Positions 62,161 through 64,000 of a stretch of 64,000 nt of DNA are shown piece after piece. The stretch covers positions 96,001 through 160,000 of the forward strand of contig CAWVVV010000003.1 in assembly GCA_963933835.1 (NCBI GenBank), written 5' to 3'. The stretch comes from an uncultured Puniceicoccaceae bacterium. GTDB lineage: Bacteria; Verrucomicrobiota; Verrucomicrobiia; Opitutales; Oceanipulchritudinaceae. Made by a program: the position numbers and the translations under genes. Below the pieces are notes generated by a model that was not told where the DNA came from, did not search any database, and was given only the letters and a program-made list of their open reading frames with translations. Within the stretch, counting starts at the first letter, position 1. The number at the start of each line of letters is the position of its first letter.

Positions 62161-62961
62161 TTGGTTTTTTCTGTAAAAAAGGGTCAAAAACCGGACATTT
62201 ATGCCGAGTTTTACCCAATCACCATTCGCCTAAAATTTTGCCCCCGTTCTGGGTGCCATTCGACTGCGATCAAATTTCGCGGTCTTCTTGCTGGGCTCAT
62301 ATTGGGCCTCGGCCTTCTCACAGGCTGTCAGACCAGCAGTGTAGCCAAGACTGAAGTCTCGGAGGTCAGCACAACACAGCCTGCGACGAAACCCAATGCA
62401 GAGGTTCAAAATCTCTACGCATCGGCCCCGATCGACCCTGCGATCATCCGCGTCGTTGTTCTGCCGGTGCACTATCCGGCCTTCCAGGAGGACGTTCATT
62501 CCTACCTAGACGAGCTCTGGGCCCAAGCGCTCCAGCGTCAGAACCGCTTTGAAATCATTTTACTCAGTCGCGAACAGATCGCTGAATGGACAGGGCGGTC
62601 TCAGTGGTCGTCGACGGATGTTCTACCTGATCGCTTGCGCAAACGCATCGAAGAGCGTTACCAGCCGGACGCGGTCATGCTCTGTGACCTCACCCGCATG
62701 GAATCCTACCAGCCACTCGAAATCGGCCTACGGGCAAAGCTTTTCGAATGGCATGGGGGTGATTTCCTCTGGGGAGTCGACGGCGTCTGGAGCCAACGCC
62801 CGAACGGCCGTATCGAAGCCCGCCCAAGGAAGCTGAGTCAGATTTTCACCCTCTTTGAAGACTCCCGCAAAAGTAACCTCGATTTAGCTACAATCAGTCC
62901 GAGGTATTTCTATTACCACTTAGTGGAGTCGATCGCTTTAACCCTACCAAAAAACATATAA
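62161..62961 (+). CDS. Putative lipoprotein; start uncertain
   Basis: KFRGLLAGLILGLGLLTGC lipobox, then RVVVLP alpha/beta domain. Confidence 0.6.
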   Translation: MVFSVKKGQKPDIYAEFYPITIRLKFCPRSGCHSTAIKFRGLLAGLILGLGLLTGCQTSSVAKTEVSEVSTTQPATKPNAEVQNLYASAPIDPAIIRVVVLPVHYPAFQEDVHSYLDELWAQALQRQNRFEIILLSREQIAEWTGRSQWSSTDVLPDRLRKRIEERYQPDAVMLCDLTRMESYQPLEIGLRAKLFEWHGGDFLWGVDGVWSQRPNGRIEARPRKLSQIFTLFEDSRKSNLDLATISPRYFYYHLVESIALTLPKNI

Positions 62962-62963
62962 CC

Positions 62964-63254
62964 GTGAGAATTGATCCCCCCAATCAACGCAACAATGTCC
63001 GCGACGTCAGTGCGGCGAAGCGCAAACCTGCAACCAGTTCTACGGGTTCGCAGGACGGACCGAATGTAGAGGATCAAATCGCCTTGGCGCAGATCCACAA
63101 CATGGTCGACCAACTGATCTCTCAGCCGGAAATTCGTGAGAGCATGGTCGAGCTTGGTCGTAAACTAGTGAACGACCCTAAGTATCCGCCGGCCGAAGTG
63201 GTCAACAAGGTTGCAGAACTCCTTTCCAGAGCCATTCGGCGCCAGGGCGAATGA
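62964..63254 (+). CDS. FlgM-like anti-sigma-28 factor
   Basis: MRID start, low-complexity N-terminus, PEIRESMVE..R..V...KY..VAELL C-terminus. Confidence 0.55.
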   Translation: MRIDPPNQRNNVRDVSAAKRKPATSSTGSQDGPNVEDQIALAQIHNMVDQLISQPEIRESMVELGRKLVNDPKYPPAEVVNKVAELLSRAIRRQGE

Positions 63255-64000
63255 GCGAAACGGCCGTAACAACGCCCTACACCGACGAGGAAATCGAGGC
63301 CCGGATCAATGCGATCCCTCGGCTCGCTTCCTTGCGTTCGATCAGCAAGGCCCTCACCGAGCTGCTCAACGCGGAGTATAGCCTAACCGCCCAAATCGCC
63401 GAAATCATCCGGCGTGACCCCTCGCTCACCTCGCGCTTACTGCGCTTGGTGAACTCGGTCTTCTTTGGCGCCAAGCAAAAGGTGGCGAGCATCGAAGAAG
63501 CCGTTCTCTACCTAGGTGTTCGCCAGATCAGGGAGCTCGCTCTCGCTACCCCTGTGATCGAAGACTTTGAAGCGATGGGGGCGACCAAAACGCAATTCGA
63601 TTGGAGCCTCCTCTGGAAGCAATCGATCGGGGCCGCCCTACTCACTCGCGAGATTCTAAACAACACCGACACCGCTTACGAAGATGACACTGACTATCTC
63701 GTCGGGCTGCTTCATAAGGTCGGTAAAATCGCGATGGCTTCGGCCTTCCCAGAAGAATTTTCAAACATCCACGCTGAGACCTACCGAACTGACCTCGATC
63801 TGCGCATGCGCGAGCGAGAGCTTATTGGCTGGGACTACACTCAGATGGGAGCCTACTACCTCGAGCGCAACAAACTCGATAAGCCGCTCATCGCCGCTGT
63901 CCGCTGGCAGTGTATGCCAGATCAGGCTGAACGCCATGCTCCGATGGCGGGCGCGATTCAAATCGCCCAATACTTATTGCACACGGCAGATATCGATGGC
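63251..64000 (+). CDS. HDOD domain protein; 3' end runs off the window
   Basis: Hand translation: IAEIIRRDPSLTSRLLRLVNSVFFG..SIEEAVLYLG..GLLHKVGK. Confidence 0.85.
   Translation, partial: MSETAVTTPYTDEEIEARINAIPRLASLRSISKALTELLNAEYSLTAQIAEIIRRDPSLTSRLLRLVNSVFFGAKQKVASIEEAVLYLGVRQIRELALATPVIEDFEAMGATKTQFDWSLLWKQSIGAALLTREILNNTDTAYEDDTDYLVGLLHKVGKIAMASAFPEEFSNIHAETYRTDLDLRMRERELIGWDYTQMGAYYLERNKLDKPLIAAVRWQCMPDQAERHAPMAGAIQIAQYLLHTADIDG

Overview
Bacterial chromosomal segment of about 53% GC (estimated by eye). Gene content and style suggest Verrucomicrobiota/Opitutales; this is inference, not tested. Core genes: smpB, rpoZ, prfB (programmed +1 frameshift), ligA, fbaA, menB, metG, rdgB, ribD, leuB, alaS, uvrA, rnc, mfd, a SurA-type PPIase and tRNA-Cys. 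Motility and signalling genes: cheW, cheD, two histidine kinases, an FlgM-like gene and an HDOD gene, with several sigma-28-like promoters. Accessory highlights are (i) an 11-kb cluster (ACP-dehydratase fusion, ketosynthase, serine-palmitoyltransferase-like enzyme, SDR, four glycosyltransferases) that looks like a glyco(sphingo)lipid pathway; (ii) a GxxExxY gene bracketed by a 31-bp inverted repeat between leuB and alaS; (iii) an orphan ParA operon whose partner ends in a MinD-like membrane-targeting helix; (iv) a hypothetical protein with atypical-kinase motifs; (v) a type III PKS cluster; (vi) a multiheme cytochrome c and a Reeler-like/CxxCH operon; and (vii) a REP-containing 174-bp duplication beside tRNA-Cys. 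Several accessory genes carry stops, frameshifts or micro-duplications while core genes look intact. No CRISPR array, rRNA or recognisable transposase was seen.
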